Shown piece by piece: positions 6,315 to 15,930 of a DNA stretch of 58,917 nucleotides. The position numbers and the translations under genes are program-made. Position 1 is the stretch's first letter, and each line of letters opens with the position of its first letter. The DNA comes from a virus. Where the stretch lies: the IMG/VR virus record IMGVR_UViG_3300002307_000004, positions 1-58,917 of that record. One strand, 5' to 3'. A model generated the notes under the pieces. It saw only the letters and a program-made list of their open reading frames with translations, did no database searches and had not been told where the DNA came from.

Positions 6315-6893
6315 ATGAACAAGAGCGAAGTCATCAACGGCGTAAAAGTGCGGTTGCGTCGATTACACCAGAAAACCGTCAACGGAAAAAGCATTGGAAG
6401 ACAACGCATGTCCGAAGAAAAACGCAAGAGAGTCTACCAAACGAAGAAACCCGTGGAGAAGAACCCTCGCAAGCGGAAAGAAATCGTTATAGACGATAGA
6501 TTGCGTCGTTCTTTGACGGGTCTAGCCAAGATGGGCATGACCGTTGACGAGATTGCGGATACTATCGGTATATCCAAAACGTGGCTGTTGGAAAATTACA
6601 AACAGGAAATCCAATTCGGGCGGCAGATTGCTAACGCCCTCGTTGTGGAGAACCTGTACCAGCAAGCGATGAAGGACCAACCGTCCTCCATCCAAGCGGG
6701 CATTTTTCTGACAAAAGCCCGTATGAACTGGCGGGACAAAGACCCCGAAGAATTCCAGCGCGGCCCATCAATTGTGTTTGACTTTAGTAACCTACCCGAA
6801 GAGGAAAGGTTAAAAATGCTGCACAAACTGTCCGCAAAGTCAAAAGACCAACAGTTTATAGAAGCGGAATACGAGAACATCTCTGATGAGTAA
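6315..6893 (+). CDS. terS: terminase small subunit (putative)
   Basis: HTH-like TVDEIADTIGISKTW. AGIFLTKARMNWRDK resembles the FWLKNR..W.D motif of small terminases. Overlaps the terL start by 8 nt. The start codon is uncertain (weak RBS). Confidence 0.6.
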   Translation: MNKSEVINGVKVRLRRLHQKTVNGKSIGRQRMSEEKRKRVYQTKKPVEKNPRKRKEIVIDDRLRRSLTGLAKMGMTVDEIADTIGISKTWLLENYKQEIQFGRQIANALVVENLYQQAMKDQPSSIQAGIFLTKARMNWRDKDPEEFQRGPSIVFDFSNLPEEERLKMLHKLSAKSKDQQFIEAEYENISDE

Positions 6894-8484
6894 TCTTATT
6901 CTGCCTTCGCACTACAAAAATGCTCTTGACGAGCATCCGGATGAAGCAATTAAAGAAATTTTCCGGTTGGAGTACGAAAATAACATTCACAAATTCCTTC
7001 GAGGTGGCTGGAAGTACATTGACCCTAACCCGTACAAACACGGGTGGCACCTCAATGCTATCGGCGAACACTTGCAGGCGGTTGCTAACGGGGAAATCAA
7101 ACGCCTTGTCATTAACGTTCCGCCTCGCACATCCAAATCTTCAATGGTTTCCGTTGCGTTCCCCGCTTGGGTATGGGCGCAGCGGGAGTACGGGCCGCTG
7201 TCAGGCCCGCATGTGCAGTTCCTGTTTGCCTCTTACGCGCAAACCCTGTCCATCCGCGACAGTTTGAAAACCCGGCGGCTCCTTGAAAGCCCTTGGTACA
7301 AAAAATATTGGGGTGAACGGTTCCGCATTACGTCGGATCAGAACACAAAGGTTCGGTTTGATAATGACAAAGGCGGGTATCGGCTTGCGACATCCGTCGA
7401 CGGTTCCCTGACAGGGGAAGGTGGTAGCATTATCATCGTTGACGACCCGCACAACGCAAACGAAGTGGAGTCTGACCTTGTCCGTGATGGTACACTGGAG
7501 TGGTGGGATCAATCGATGTCCACCCGTCTTAACGATCCCAAAACGGGAGCGTTCATCGTTATTATGCAAAGATTACACGAAAGTGACCTTACGGGTCACA
7601 TCCTTCAAAAAGATATCGGAAATTGGACTCATCTATGCCTACCGATGCGCTTTGAGTCAGACCGCCGTTGTATTACTCAATGGTTCATTGACGAACGGGA
7701 AGAAGGTGAACTTCTTATTCCTGAGCGGTTCGGTGAAGCGGAAGTCAAAGAACTCGAATCAAGCCTCGGGCCATTCGCGGCTGCGGGCCAGTTGCAGCAA
7801 CGTCCGCAACCAAAAGGCGGCGGTATTATCAAAAGGGAATGGTGGGTTCTTTGGGATGAAGCCATTTCCGGTACGGAAGGCCTCCCCAAAACTGTTTTCC
7901 CGCCGTTTGAATACGTCATTGCGTCACTGGATACGGCATACACAACAAAGCAAGAGAATGATTTTTCGGCTTTGACAATCTGGGGCGTGTGGACAGACCG
8001 CAATGATAACAGGCGGATCATGCTTATATACGCGTGGCAGGACCGCCTAGAGTTCCCGCAGCTTGTTAAACAAGTCGGTTTGCTTTGCAATAAGTACAAG
8101 ATCGATAAACTTTTGATTGAGTCAAAAGCCGCCGGGATCAGTGTCGCGCAAGAAATACGTGTTAATTTTGCGCGTGAGAATTGGGGTTTGCAACTTATCG
8201 ACCCCGGTCGAGGTGATAAGGTCGCCCGCGCATATGCCATCCAGCACTTGTTTTCGGAAGGGATGATCTACGCTCCAGACTTTGATTGGGCGGAAAAAAT
8301 GATTGGTCAGGCGGAATCGTTCCCGCGTGGTGCGCATGACGATTTGGTTGATAGTATGACGCAAGCACTCCTGCATCTTCGGACTATTGGATTTGCACAA
8401 AAACCCGCAGAAGCTATAGCGGAGAAGACAGAATCCATGATATACAAGCCACAGAACACAAGTAAACCGTTATATTGGGTGTAA
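6886..8484 (+). CDS. terL: terminase large subunit
   Basis: 532 aa. Walker A-like NVPPRTSKSS, Walker B-like GGSIIIVDDPHNA, C-terminal nuclease-like region (SLDTAYT ... AHDDLVDS). Confidence 0.9.
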   Translation: MSNLILPSHYKNALDEHPDEAIKEIFRLEYENNIHKFLRGGWKYIDPNPYKHGWHLNAIGEHLQAVANGEIKRLVINVPPRTSKSSMVSVAFPAWVWAQREYGPLSGPHVQFLFASYAQTLSIRDSLKTRRLLESPWYKKYWGERFRITSDQNTKVRFDNDKGGYRLATSVDGSLTGEGGSIIIVDDPHNANEVESDLVRDGTLEWWDQSMSTRLNDPKTGAFIVIMQRLHESDLTGHILQKDIGNWTHLCLPMRFESDRRCITQWFIDEREEGELLIPERFGEAEVKELESSLGPFAAAGQLQQRPQPKGGGIIKREWWVLWDEAISGTEGLPKTVFPPFEYVIASLDTAYTTKQENDFSALTIWGVWTDRNDNRRIMLIYAWQDRLEFPQLVKQVGLLCNKYKIDKLLIESKAAGISVAQEIRVNFARENWGLQLIDPGRGDKVARAYAIQHLFSEGMIYAPDFDWAEKMIGQAESFPRGAHDDLVDSMTQALLHLRTIGFAQKPAEAIAEKTESMIYKPQNTSKPLYWV

Positions 8485-8487
8485 CAT

Positions 8488-10632
8488 ATGGCTCTCGCCC
8501 CGTTCAATATTCGACAGAACCCCGTTTCGGGGAAAACCTATGACGATTATAAGCCGCTAGACATTGATCTGGAGGCGGATGGCGATATTGAGCCTACAAT
8601 CGACACCGACAAAGGGTATGTTAAAGTTGAAAACGCTGATGGGTCCGTTACCATCAATATAGGCCAGATGGCTAACCCCACTAAAAAAATTAACGATGAT
8701 TTCCATGAAAACATCGCGATGGATATTGACGGGTCAACGCTTGGGCAAATTGCAAACGATCTTCTTCGGTTAATTGAACAGGATGATCAATCTAGATCAG
8801 AGTATTTGCAGCAGATTGTTCTTGGCTTGGACTTGTTGGGGACCAAAATTGAATCTCCCAAATCCAATTCGGCGGACGGTTCTACGTCTGTTGAAGGTCA
8901 AGCAACTGTTAAACACCCGTTGCTGCTTGAAGCTATTGTTCGATTCCAAGCTAACGCGCAAGGCGAAATGCTTCCTTCCGCTGGCCCCGTTAAACTGCGC
9001 AATGACGGGCTTGAAAACAAAACCGTTAACATTGAAGCGCATGCATTGGAAATGGATTTTAACCATTACCTGACAAGCACCGCAAAAGAATACTACCCAG
9101 ATACCGAACGCATGTTTTTTTCTTTGGGGTTCTGCGGAACTGCCTTTAAAAAAGTATACCACTGCCCAATTCGTCGTCGGCCTGTCTCCGAATTTGTAGA
9201 CGTAAAAGACGTAATTGTCTCCTCTTCCGAAACAAATATTGACTCCGCGCAACGTGTTACCCACCACATTAAAATGCAACCTTCGATTATGAAGCGTATG
9301 CAGTTGTTGGGTGTGTATCGCACAATTCCATTAACGGATGCTGGCCCCACAAAGAAAAATGCCGTTGAAGAAAAAATTGAAGACCTTCAAGGCGTAAAAC
9401 CTACGCAGTCCGCCAATTTGGAAAACGAATTGCGGGATGTGTACGAATGCTATTGCGAATTGGATATCCCCGGCTACGAGCATGAAGATGCTGACGGGAA
9501 CATTACAGGCCTTCGCCTCCCGTACCGCGTCACCATTGATAAAACCAGCCGAGAAATTCTTGAAATTCGCCGCTGGTGGAAACAGGATGACGACAATTTC
9601 TTGCGCAAGGGCGTATTCGTAGACTTCATTTTTGTCCCCGGAATTGGTTTTTACGGGTTTGGCCTGTTGCACTTGTTGGGTAACTCCACAATGGCCCTGA
9701 CTGCTGGTTGGCGGCTGTGCCTTGATAACGGGATGTTCGCTAACTTCCCCGGATTCTTGTACGCAAAACAAGCTGGTCGCCAATTGACAAACGAATTTCG
9801 CGTAGCTCCCGGTTCTGGTGTCGCGATTGAAACTGGCGGGCAACCAATTCAAAACATGGTTATGAATCTCCCATACCGTGGCGTTGATGGTGGGTTCCTT
9901 CAGTTGTTGCAACTTATTGATTCGTCCGGTCAGAGGCTTGGCGGCACGGCTGAATTGAATGTGGGCGAAGGAAATACGCAAGCCCCGGTTGGAACGACTA
10001 TTGCGTTGATTGAACAAGCGCAGAAAACCATGTCTTCCGTACATAAACGGATGCATTCGGCGCAAGCGCGTGAATTTGAACTGTTGAAAGAATTGTTCAA
10101 GGAAGACCCGGAAAGTTTTTGGCGGGAAAACAAGTTTCCTGCGGGAACGTGGTCGGAAGACATTCTTGTCAAAGCCCTTAATGATGTGAATTTGGTTCCT
10201 ATGGCGGACCCGAATACCCCATCACAGACGGCGCGTATTCAAAAAGCTATGGCTATCAAACAATTGCAGGCCGCTAATCCCGGACTGTACAACGCTCAGG
10301 CTGTAGATGAGCGCATCATGGACATGATGGGTATCAATGACGCTAAATCGTTGTTTGCGCCTCCACAGCAGGCTGACCCAATGGCAGACCCCGCAATGGT
10401 CATGGCACAAGCAAAAATGATGGATTCGCAAGCCAAAATGGCGGAAGTCAAAGTCCGCGCCGTGGATGTTACGGCAGACGCGCAAAATCGTATTGCAGAT
10501 CGCGAAAGCAAAGAGCGCATTTCTATGTTGCAACTTGCCCGCGAAATTGCAGTACACCCAGAAAGTGCGCCAATTGCGGAAAGGTTTGTTAAACCGGAAA
10601 CCCAAAAATTGGCCGATAATCCCAATGTATAA
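8488..10632 (+). CDS. portal protein
   Basis: 714 aa directly after terL. Size and position are typical; no motif-level proof. Confidence 0.75.
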   Translation: MALAPFNIRQNPVSGKTYDDYKPLDIDLEADGDIEPTIDTDKGYVKVENADGSVTINIGQMANPTKKINDDFHENIAMDIDGSTLGQIANDLLRLIEQDDQSRSEYLQQIVLGLDLLGTKIESPKSNSADGSTSVEGQATVKHPLLLEAIVRFQANAQGEMLPSAGPVKLRNDGLENKTVNIEAHALEMDFNHYLTSTAKEYYPDTERMFFSLGFCGTAFKKVYHCPIRRRPVSEFVDVKDVIVSSSETNIDSAQRVTHHIKMQPSIMKRMQLLGVYRTIPLTDAGPTKKNAVEEKIEDLQGVKPTQSANLENELRDVYECYCELDIPGYEHEDADGNITGLRLPYRVTIDKTSREILEIRRWWKQDDDNFLRKGVFVDFIFVPGIGFYGFGLLHLLGNSTMALTAGWRLCLDNGMFANFPGFLYAKQAGRQLTNEFRVAPGSGVAIETGGQPIQNMVMNLPYRGVDGGFLQLLQLIDSSGQRLGGTAELNVGEGNTQAPVGTTIALIEQAQKTMSSVHKRMHSAQAREFELLKELFKEDPESFWRENKFPAGTWSEDILVKALNDVNLVPMADPNTPSQTARIQKAMAIKQLQAANPGLYNAQAVDERIMDMMGINDAKSLFAPPQQADPMADPAMVMAQAKMMDSQAKMAEVKVRAVDVTADAQNRIADRESKERISMLQLAREIAVHPESAPIAERFVKPETQKLADNPNV

Positions 10633-10690
10633 CCTATTGGCGGGTACCAAAATTTAGTTTATGGTGCAAATTCCACCGTGGAGATTAAGA

Positions 10691-12055
10691 ATGACACACT
10701 ACAAGCATGAAGCAAAACAGGCTGCGCACGACAAAATGAAGCGCATGGGCCTTGATAAAGAGCATTCTGCAAAGAAACATTTTGATGACGTTCATCCCTA
10801 CGATGGTGTCCCCCAGTTGAGCACTGATACTCCATCCGGTCTTGCCCCTATAAGCAAGCAGCGGTTTAAGCACGGTGGCAAAGTCGCACATTTGGAAGGT
10901 AATAGAGCCAAGCAAAACTTGGGGAAAGCATCCCGTAGCAAAGCTCCCATCCCATATGAGCGCGATGAAGAATTGAAAAGCGGTGGTGTAGCCGCATTTA
11001 ACCCTCTCCTCCGCAAGAAACGCGCTGCCGCAATGGCTATGCGCAAAAAGCGTGAAGGCCTCCCATACGGTGCGCCAGCAGCCCCGGGTCCGTTTATGCC
11101 ATCCGGCATTATAGCCCCGCACAAAAAAGGTGGTGCAGTTCACCGTCACGAAGACGAAGCGGAAGATCGTAAATTGATCCGTAAGGAAGTTAAACCTTCC
11201 GCATTGAAACACCGCGCTCACAAAAATGACGGTGGTGGTTTGCGTTCAGAGCGTACCCAGTACGAAAAAGCTCGTCGTAATTCTGTTGACCAAGGCATGG
11301 ATTTGGGTACGGACAGCCAGCACACGCAGGATACGCTGACTAAAGCGGTTCGTAACTTTGAAAACACCGCCAAAGAAACTGGTTACTCAAACCTTAAACG
11401 CGGTGGTCGCGCCCATAAAGCGGGCGGTGGGCGTTTGGACGAAGTTAGACAAATGGTTGCTAACCCGTTAAAAAAACGCGCATTAGCAGATGACATCCGT
11501 CGAGTTACCCTTATGGCTGCTTCGCCAGAAGAACGCAAAAAATTTATTCAACAAAATAAACCAGAAAACAAAGTAAACCAATCGTTGACATCCAGCGAAT
11601 TGAAAAATGGTGGTCGCGCTCATCGCGCTACTGGCGGTAAAGTCGGAAGCGGCAAGGGTAAAACCAGCATTAACATTATAATTGCTCCCGAAGGCCAAAA
11701 GGGGGCATCCCAGATGCCAGCGGGCGGTCCTCCTGTTATCCCTCCGCAGTTGCTTGCCGCAATGGCTGGTGGTGCTGGTGGCCCTCCTCCGGGCGGTGGT
11801 GCTGGTGGCCCTCCTCCCGGCGCAATGCCTCCCGGTGCGGGTATGGCGGGTGCTGGCGGTGGTCTAGGTGCAGGCCCAGCTATGAACGTTGGTCGTCCCG
11901 GAATGACGGCCCCTACGCCTCCTATGCGTAAAGATGGCGGTCGTGTAGGCGGTAAAGCCCCACAGGCAGCAATGCCAACCCATCAAGAACACGATTATGG
12001 TTCCGGTTCGGGCCTCGGTCGTTTAGAAAAACGAAAGTGGCCTCTTGCTAAATAG
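10691..12055 (+). CDS. virion-associated basic protein with GG-(R/K)-x-H repeats and Gly/Pro-rich tail
   Basis: ATG 10691 after GGAG. Contains KHGGKVAH, KKGGAVHRH, KRGGRAHK, KNGGRAHR and KDGGRVGG, plus GGAGGPPPGGGAGGPPPG low complexity. Confidence 0.6.
   Translation: MTHYKHEAKQAAHDKMKRMGLDKEHSAKKHFDDVHPYDGVPQLSTDTPSGLAPISKQRFKHGGKVAHLEGNRAKQNLGKASRSKAPIPYERDEELKSGGVAAFNPLLRKKRAAAMAMRKKREGLPYGAPAAPGPFMPSGIIAPHKKGGAVHRHEDEAEDRKLIRKEVKPSALKHRAHKNDGGGLRSERTQYEKARRNSVDQGMDLGTDSQHTQDTLTKAVRNFENTAKETGYSNLKRGGRAHKAGGGRLDEVRQMVANPLKKRALADDIRRVTLMAASPEERKKFIQQNKPENKVNQSLTSSELKNGGRAHRATGGKVGSGKGKTSINIIIAPEGQKGASQMPAGGPPVIPPQLLAAMAGGAGGPPPGGGAGGPPPGAMPPGAGMAGAGGGLGAGPAMNVGRPGMTAPTPPMRKDGGRVGGKAPQAAMPTHQEHDYGSGSGLGRLEKRKWPLAK
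11768..11821 (+). repeat. 27-nt in-frame tandem duplication (GGAGGPPPG x2)
   Basis: ggtggtgctggtggccctcctccgggc repeated immediately with one mismatch. Confidence 0.9.
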
Positions 12056-12063
12056 GAGGTGAC

Positions 12064-12276
12064 GTGAATAGTTTTGACATACTGTTCTTCCGCAAGCTGC
12101 GGGAGAAATTAAACGAAGAAACCAAGACCCGTGCGGAATTCATCTTGAGCGGGTCTTATACCAACCTAGAGGACTACAAAGCTGCCGTCGGATATATGAA
12201 AGCAATTTCCGACACACTTATCTGGGCTAATGAGATTAACAACCAGTTAATCGGCGATACTAACAACGCGAGATAG
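12064..12276 (+). CDS. hypothetical protein (70 aa)
   Basis: GTG start 5 nt after AGGAGGTGA. Confidence 0.6.
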   Translation: MNSFDILFFRKLREKLNEETKTRAEFILSGSYTNLEDYKAAVGYMKAISDTLIWANEINNQLIGDTNNAR

Positions 12277-12282
12277 GAAAAA

Positions 12283-12675
12283 ATGACGTATATGACTATG
12301 GACCACGTGGACGATCCACGTGAAGAAATCCGAAACGCTATCGGCGACCTTTCTAAAGTGGAAATTTTTTTTAATTGGGTACTTGTAGCTGTTTACAAAC
12401 GTCCGGAACGTACCAAATCCGGGCTTTTTTTGACTGACGACACGCGCAAGGAAGACGAGTATCAGGGCAAAGCGGGCCTTGTTCTTAAAAAAGGCGTACA
12501 GGCCTTCGTCGATGACGCAAACACATCCTTCCAAGGGCAGAATGTAGACGTTGGTGATTGGGTTGTGATCCGTCCTTCGGATGGGTGGCAAGTCATGATC
12601 AACGGTGTGCTGTGCCGTATGGTGCAAGACGTGCAAGTTCGTATGCGTATTCCCGCACCCGATTCCGCTTTTTAA
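12283..12675 (+). CDS. GroES/Cpn10-like co-chaperonin (putative)
   Basis: 130 aa. NWVLVAVYKRPERTKSGLFLTDD ... GKAGLVLKKG ... VDVGDWVVIRP ... NGVLCRMVQDVQV follows the Cpn10 layout (V.V...KT.SG..L, G.V...G, VGD.V). Confidence 0.45.
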   Translation: MTYMTMDHVDDPREEIRNAIGDLSKVEIFFNWVLVAVYKRPERTKSGLFLTDDTRKEDEYQGKAGLVLKKGVQAFVDDANTSFQGQNVDVGDWVVIRPSDGWQVMINGVLCRMVQDVQVRMRIPAPDSAF

Positions 12676-12685
12676 TAGGTGACAT

Positions 12686-13630
12686 ATGGAAACCACTTCT
12701 AAAGAAGTCGTTATTGACGTAAAGCCACCATTGACGGAAGAAATTGATATCGGGGCAGATTCCCCCGCAAAACTTCCCGTAAGTGCGGTAGTCAAAGAAG
12801 AAGAATTGCCGAATAACTCTGCTGATGGCGGCATCGAACAGCTTAAACGCGAGTTGGAAGCCAAAAAACGCGAAGCGGATGAAATCCGCAGGCAAAAACA
12901 CGAAGCCGAACAAAATCTTTTTCAAAAAGAAACGGAAGTTCGCACGTATGCTTATCAGGCGGCGGATAACCAGTTAACAGCATTTACAAATGCCATTGCT
13001 TCTTATGAGCGTGATGGCGAAATGTTGGAAAACGAATACGCAAACAGGCTTGAACAGGGCGATTACCACGCTGCCGCCAAGTTACAGCGGCAAATGGCGC
13101 AAATTGAAAGCAAACTTTCGACTTTGCATCAAGGTCGCGAGGCTTTAGATGAACGTCTACAGTACGAACGAACACGCCCTGAGCCACAATACCAGCCCCC
13201 AACGTACGAACAAACCCAGTACGACCCCGTTGAAGCCGAATTGCAACGTCTTTCCGGCCCTTCACAGGCGTGGGTACGCAAAAATATTCACATTATGCAC
13301 GATCAAAAAAGCAAAAACCTTATGGCGGCTGCTCATTATCGTGCTGTCGCGGACAATTATCAGCCGGATACCCCCGAATATTTCAATTATCTTGAAAATG
13401 AATTGGGTTTGGTTGAGAAATCCGCGCCACAAAACACTCGTCAGCGCAATGTTGTTACGGCAGCACCTGTTGCACGAGGCGGAAGTGTTCCAACTATGAG
13501 TAATAATCAAGTTCGTATTACATTAACCCCCGAAATGCGGGCTTATGCGGACGAAGTATTGGGCATGAGTGACGAAGAGTACGCGGAAGCAATGCTTTAT
13601 TACAACAAAAAGGGTCAGTTAAAGCTATGA
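12686..13630 (+). CDS. scaffolding-like coiled-coil protein (putative)
   Basis: 314 aa, acidic and heptad-rich (LKRELEAKKREADEIRRQKHEAEQNLFQKE...). Lies between portal and capsid genes. Confidence 0.45.
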   Translation: METTSKEVVIDVKPPLTEEIDIGADSPAKLPVSAVVKEEELPNNSADGGIEQLKRELEAKKREADEIRRQKHEAEQNLFQKETEVRTYAYQAADNQLTAFTNAIASYERDGEMLENEYANRLEQGDYHAAAKLQRQMAQIESKLSTLHQGREALDERLQYERTRPEPQYQPPTYEQTQYDPVEAELQRLSGPSQAWVRKNIHIMHDQKSKNLMAAAHYRAVADNYQPDTPEYFNYLENELGLVEKSAPQNTRQRNVVTAAPVARGGSVPTMSNNQVRITLTPEMRAYADEVLGMSDEEYAEAMLYYNKKGQLKL

Positions 13631-14220
13631 GTGACATTAAACGCAAACCGGGTCGACCTCGGAAAGACGAAAATGTCCCAACCCAGCCCAATCATCAGTT
13701 AAATGAGGTAGACACCGTGGAAAACATGGAAATTGAAACCAAATCGGCCCCCGTAACACGCGGGATTCGTGAAGCAAACCTTCGTGCGGAGCAAATTCGG
13801 TCTCGTTCGCGCAATGAAGATTCGGATAAAACCGTTTATGACAAGTTTTACATCGATCCACGCGATATTCCGGATGGGTGGGACTACAATTGGAAGCGTT
13901 ATGAGACTATGGGCATGAAAGATGGCTCATATGAAGTCGAATTGGCGCAGACTGGTTGGGAAGCTGTTGATTCAGCGCGTCATCCTTCAATGATGCCCGC
14001 CAACCACAAGGGTCCAATTATCCGTGAAGGCATGATTTTGATGGAACGCCCTTCGGAAATCTCCAACCGCGCCAAATTTTTGGAATTGCAGGAAGCCCGC
14101 CGCGTTGTAAACGAAAAAGAACGCGCATTGGGCATGGCTCCTAGCGGCACTTTTGAACGCGACCAGCGTCGTCAGGTCGTTAAGAAAGAATATATCCCAA
14201 TGGAAATTCCTAAAGGTTGA
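13627..14220 (+). CDS. hypothetical head-module protein (197 aa)
   Basis: ATGA overlap with the previous gene. N-terminal KRKPGRPRK basic segment. Confidence 0.6.
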   Translation: MSDIKRKPGRPRKDENVPTQPNHQLNEVDTVENMEIETKSAPVTRGIREANLRAEQIRSRSRNEDSDKTVYDKFYIDPRDIPDGWDYNWKRYETMGMKDGSYEVELAQTGWEAVDSARHPSMMPANHKGPIIREGMILMERPSEISNRAKFLELQEARRVVNEKERALGMAPSGTFERDQRRQVVKKEYIPMEIPKG

Positions 14221-14252
14221 GATTAGTGTAATTTTTTCCTTTAACACACTTG

Positions 14253-14284
14253 CGCGATAAATATTCATCATGGTATTTATCGCG
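14253..14284 (+). promoter_or_regulatory. perfect 10-bp inverted repeat CGCGATAAAT-N12-ATTTATCGCG
   Basis: Located in the only large intergenic gap (158 nt) of the structural operon, just upstream of the decoration-like and capsid genes. Confidence 0.5.
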
Positions 14285-14293
14285 TATTCACTT

Positions 14294-14320
14294 CCGTTAC
14301 GCGCCGTAGCGGGCTTTTCT
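14294..14320 (+). terminator. terminator/attenuator-like hairpin CCGTTACG-CGC-CGTAGCGG then GCTTTTCT
   Basis: 8-bp stem with one G-U pair, followed by a short T-run. Sits between 13627..14220 and 14379..14987. Confidence 0.35.
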
Positions 14321-14378
14321 GACTGATCTTAATGTGCCGCGCTGGCAAAAGTAAGGTCATTCCAGACAGGAGCTACCT

Positions 14379-14987
14379 ATGGCGAACACATCTGCGCCCA
14401 ATGGTTTCCAACTTGCTGGCTTCCTCGACGGGCGTGAAGGTTCTCTGGGCCAATCGCAGTGGTTGATCGCTAGTGGTGATACTAACTACTACATGACGGG
14501 TGATCCCGTCTCCCTCTCCGGTGGTTACTTGACTGCCGCAACTGTCGGTGCAAACCAGATTCTTGGTGTTTTCATCGGTTGTGAATACTACTCCTCCGCA
14601 GTAAACCGCGTTATCTGGTCGCCATATTGGCCCGGTAGCACGACCGTTCCTTCGGGCACCGTCATTACTGCATGGGTTATCACTGATCCGCAGGCTACGT
14701 TCAAAGTGCAGTCAAGCGGTTCCTCCGCTGTTGTGCAGGCAAACGTCGGCAAAAACATTGACTGGGCTGGTCTTACGACTTTGCCAACTTCCGCGCAGCA
14801 GTTTAGCGGTCAGTCGATTGCATACGCCAATCAGGCGAACATCAGTGCTTCGACCAACTATGCATTCCGCATCCTCAATCTGATTACCGCGCCTCCCGGT
14901 GCAAACGGTACGGACACTACCACCCCGTACAACTACATTACTGTAGCGTTTAATAATCAGACCTTCCGCACCACTTCTGGCCTGTAA
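14379..14987 (+). CDS. head decoration/cement-like protein (putative)
   Basis: 202 aa, strong RBS CAGGAG, immediately upstream of the major capsid gene, Gly/Ser/Thr-rich beta-type composition. The BPP-1 cement-protein analogy is memory-based. Confidence 0.35.
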   Translation: MANTSAPNGFQLAGFLDGREGSLGQSQWLIASGDTNYYMTGDPVSLSGGYLTAATVGANQILGVFIGCEYYSSAVNRVIWSPYWPGSTTVPSGTVITAWVITDPQATFKVQSSGSSAVVQANVGKNIDWAGLTTLPTSAQQFSGQSIAYANQANISASTNYAFRILNLITAPPGANGTDTTTPYNYITVAFNNQTFRTTSGL

Positions 14988-15000
14988 GGAGTAATACACA

Positions 15001-15915
15001 ATGGCTATTAATCTTAGTCAGATTCGTGACCTTCTCCTCCCCGGCCTCCGTGGCGTTGAAGGCAAATACACCCAGATTCCAAGCCAGTACGACAAGGTGT
15101 TCGAAATCACCAAGTCAAACATGGCTCTGGAACGCACCGCAGAAATGCGCTACCTCGGCCTCGCCGCTTTGAAGACTGAAGGTGGTAACACCCAGTTTGA
15201 TAACGCCGCTGGCGAACGTTATGTTTACAATCAGGAACATAACGAAATCGCTCTCGGTTACGCGATCACCCGTAAGGCTATCGACGATAACCTGTACAAA
15301 GCGCAATTCAAGCCAACTAACCTTGGCCTCGTGGAATCTTTCCATCAGACCAAAGAAATCTACGCCGCTAACGTTCTGAACACGGCTACGACCTACAATG
15401 CTGCAATCGGCGGCGACGGTGTGGCTCTTTGCTCTACTTCGCATCCTATTGATGGCACTACCATTGCCAACAAACCAACTGTTGACGTTGACCTCAACGA
15501 AGCAACCTTGTTGAACGGTATGGTCTCGATTCGTCAGAACTTCCGTGACATCGCTGGCATTAAAATCTTTGCTCGCGGTCGCAAACTGATTGTTCCTCCT
15601 TCTTTGGAACCAGTTGCTATCCGCTTGACCAAGACCCAGTTGCGTCCCGGTACAGCAGACAACGACGTGAACGCGATTCTCATGACCGCTGGCGGCTTGC
15701 CAGAAGGTTATATGGTCATGGACTTCTTGACTTCCAACTACGCATGGTTCCTCCTGACCAGCGTTAAGGGTCTGGTGTACATGGAACGCGTCCCCTTCGA
15801 AATGGATATGCAAGTCGATTTTACGACAGACAACCTGTTGGTAAAAGGCTACGAGCGTTATTCGGTCGGCTACTACAACTGGCGTTCGATCTACGGTTCA
15901 TTCCCAACCTCGTAA
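15001..15915 (+). CDS. major capsid protein (HK97-fold type)
   Basis: 304 aa. Position, size and sequence style (MAINLSQIRDLLLPGL...YDKVFEI...) are typical of podophage major capsid proteins. Confidence 0.75.
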   Translation: MAINLSQIRDLLLPGLRGVEGKYTQIPSQYDKVFEITKSNMALERTAEMRYLGLAALKTEGGNTQFDNAAGERYVYNQEHNEIALGYAITRKAIDDNLYKAQFKPTNLGLVESFHQTKEIYAANVLNTATTYNAAIGGDGVALCSTSHPIDGTTIANKPTVDVDLNEATLLNGMVSIRQNFRDIAGIKIFARGRKLIVPPSLEPVAIRLTKTQLRPGTADNDVNAILMTAGGLPEGYMVMDFLTSNYAWFLLTSVKGLVYMERVPFEMDMQVDFTTDNLLVKGYERYSVGYYNWRSIYGSFPTS

Positions 15916-15930
15916 GATTGGAGACAGCAA

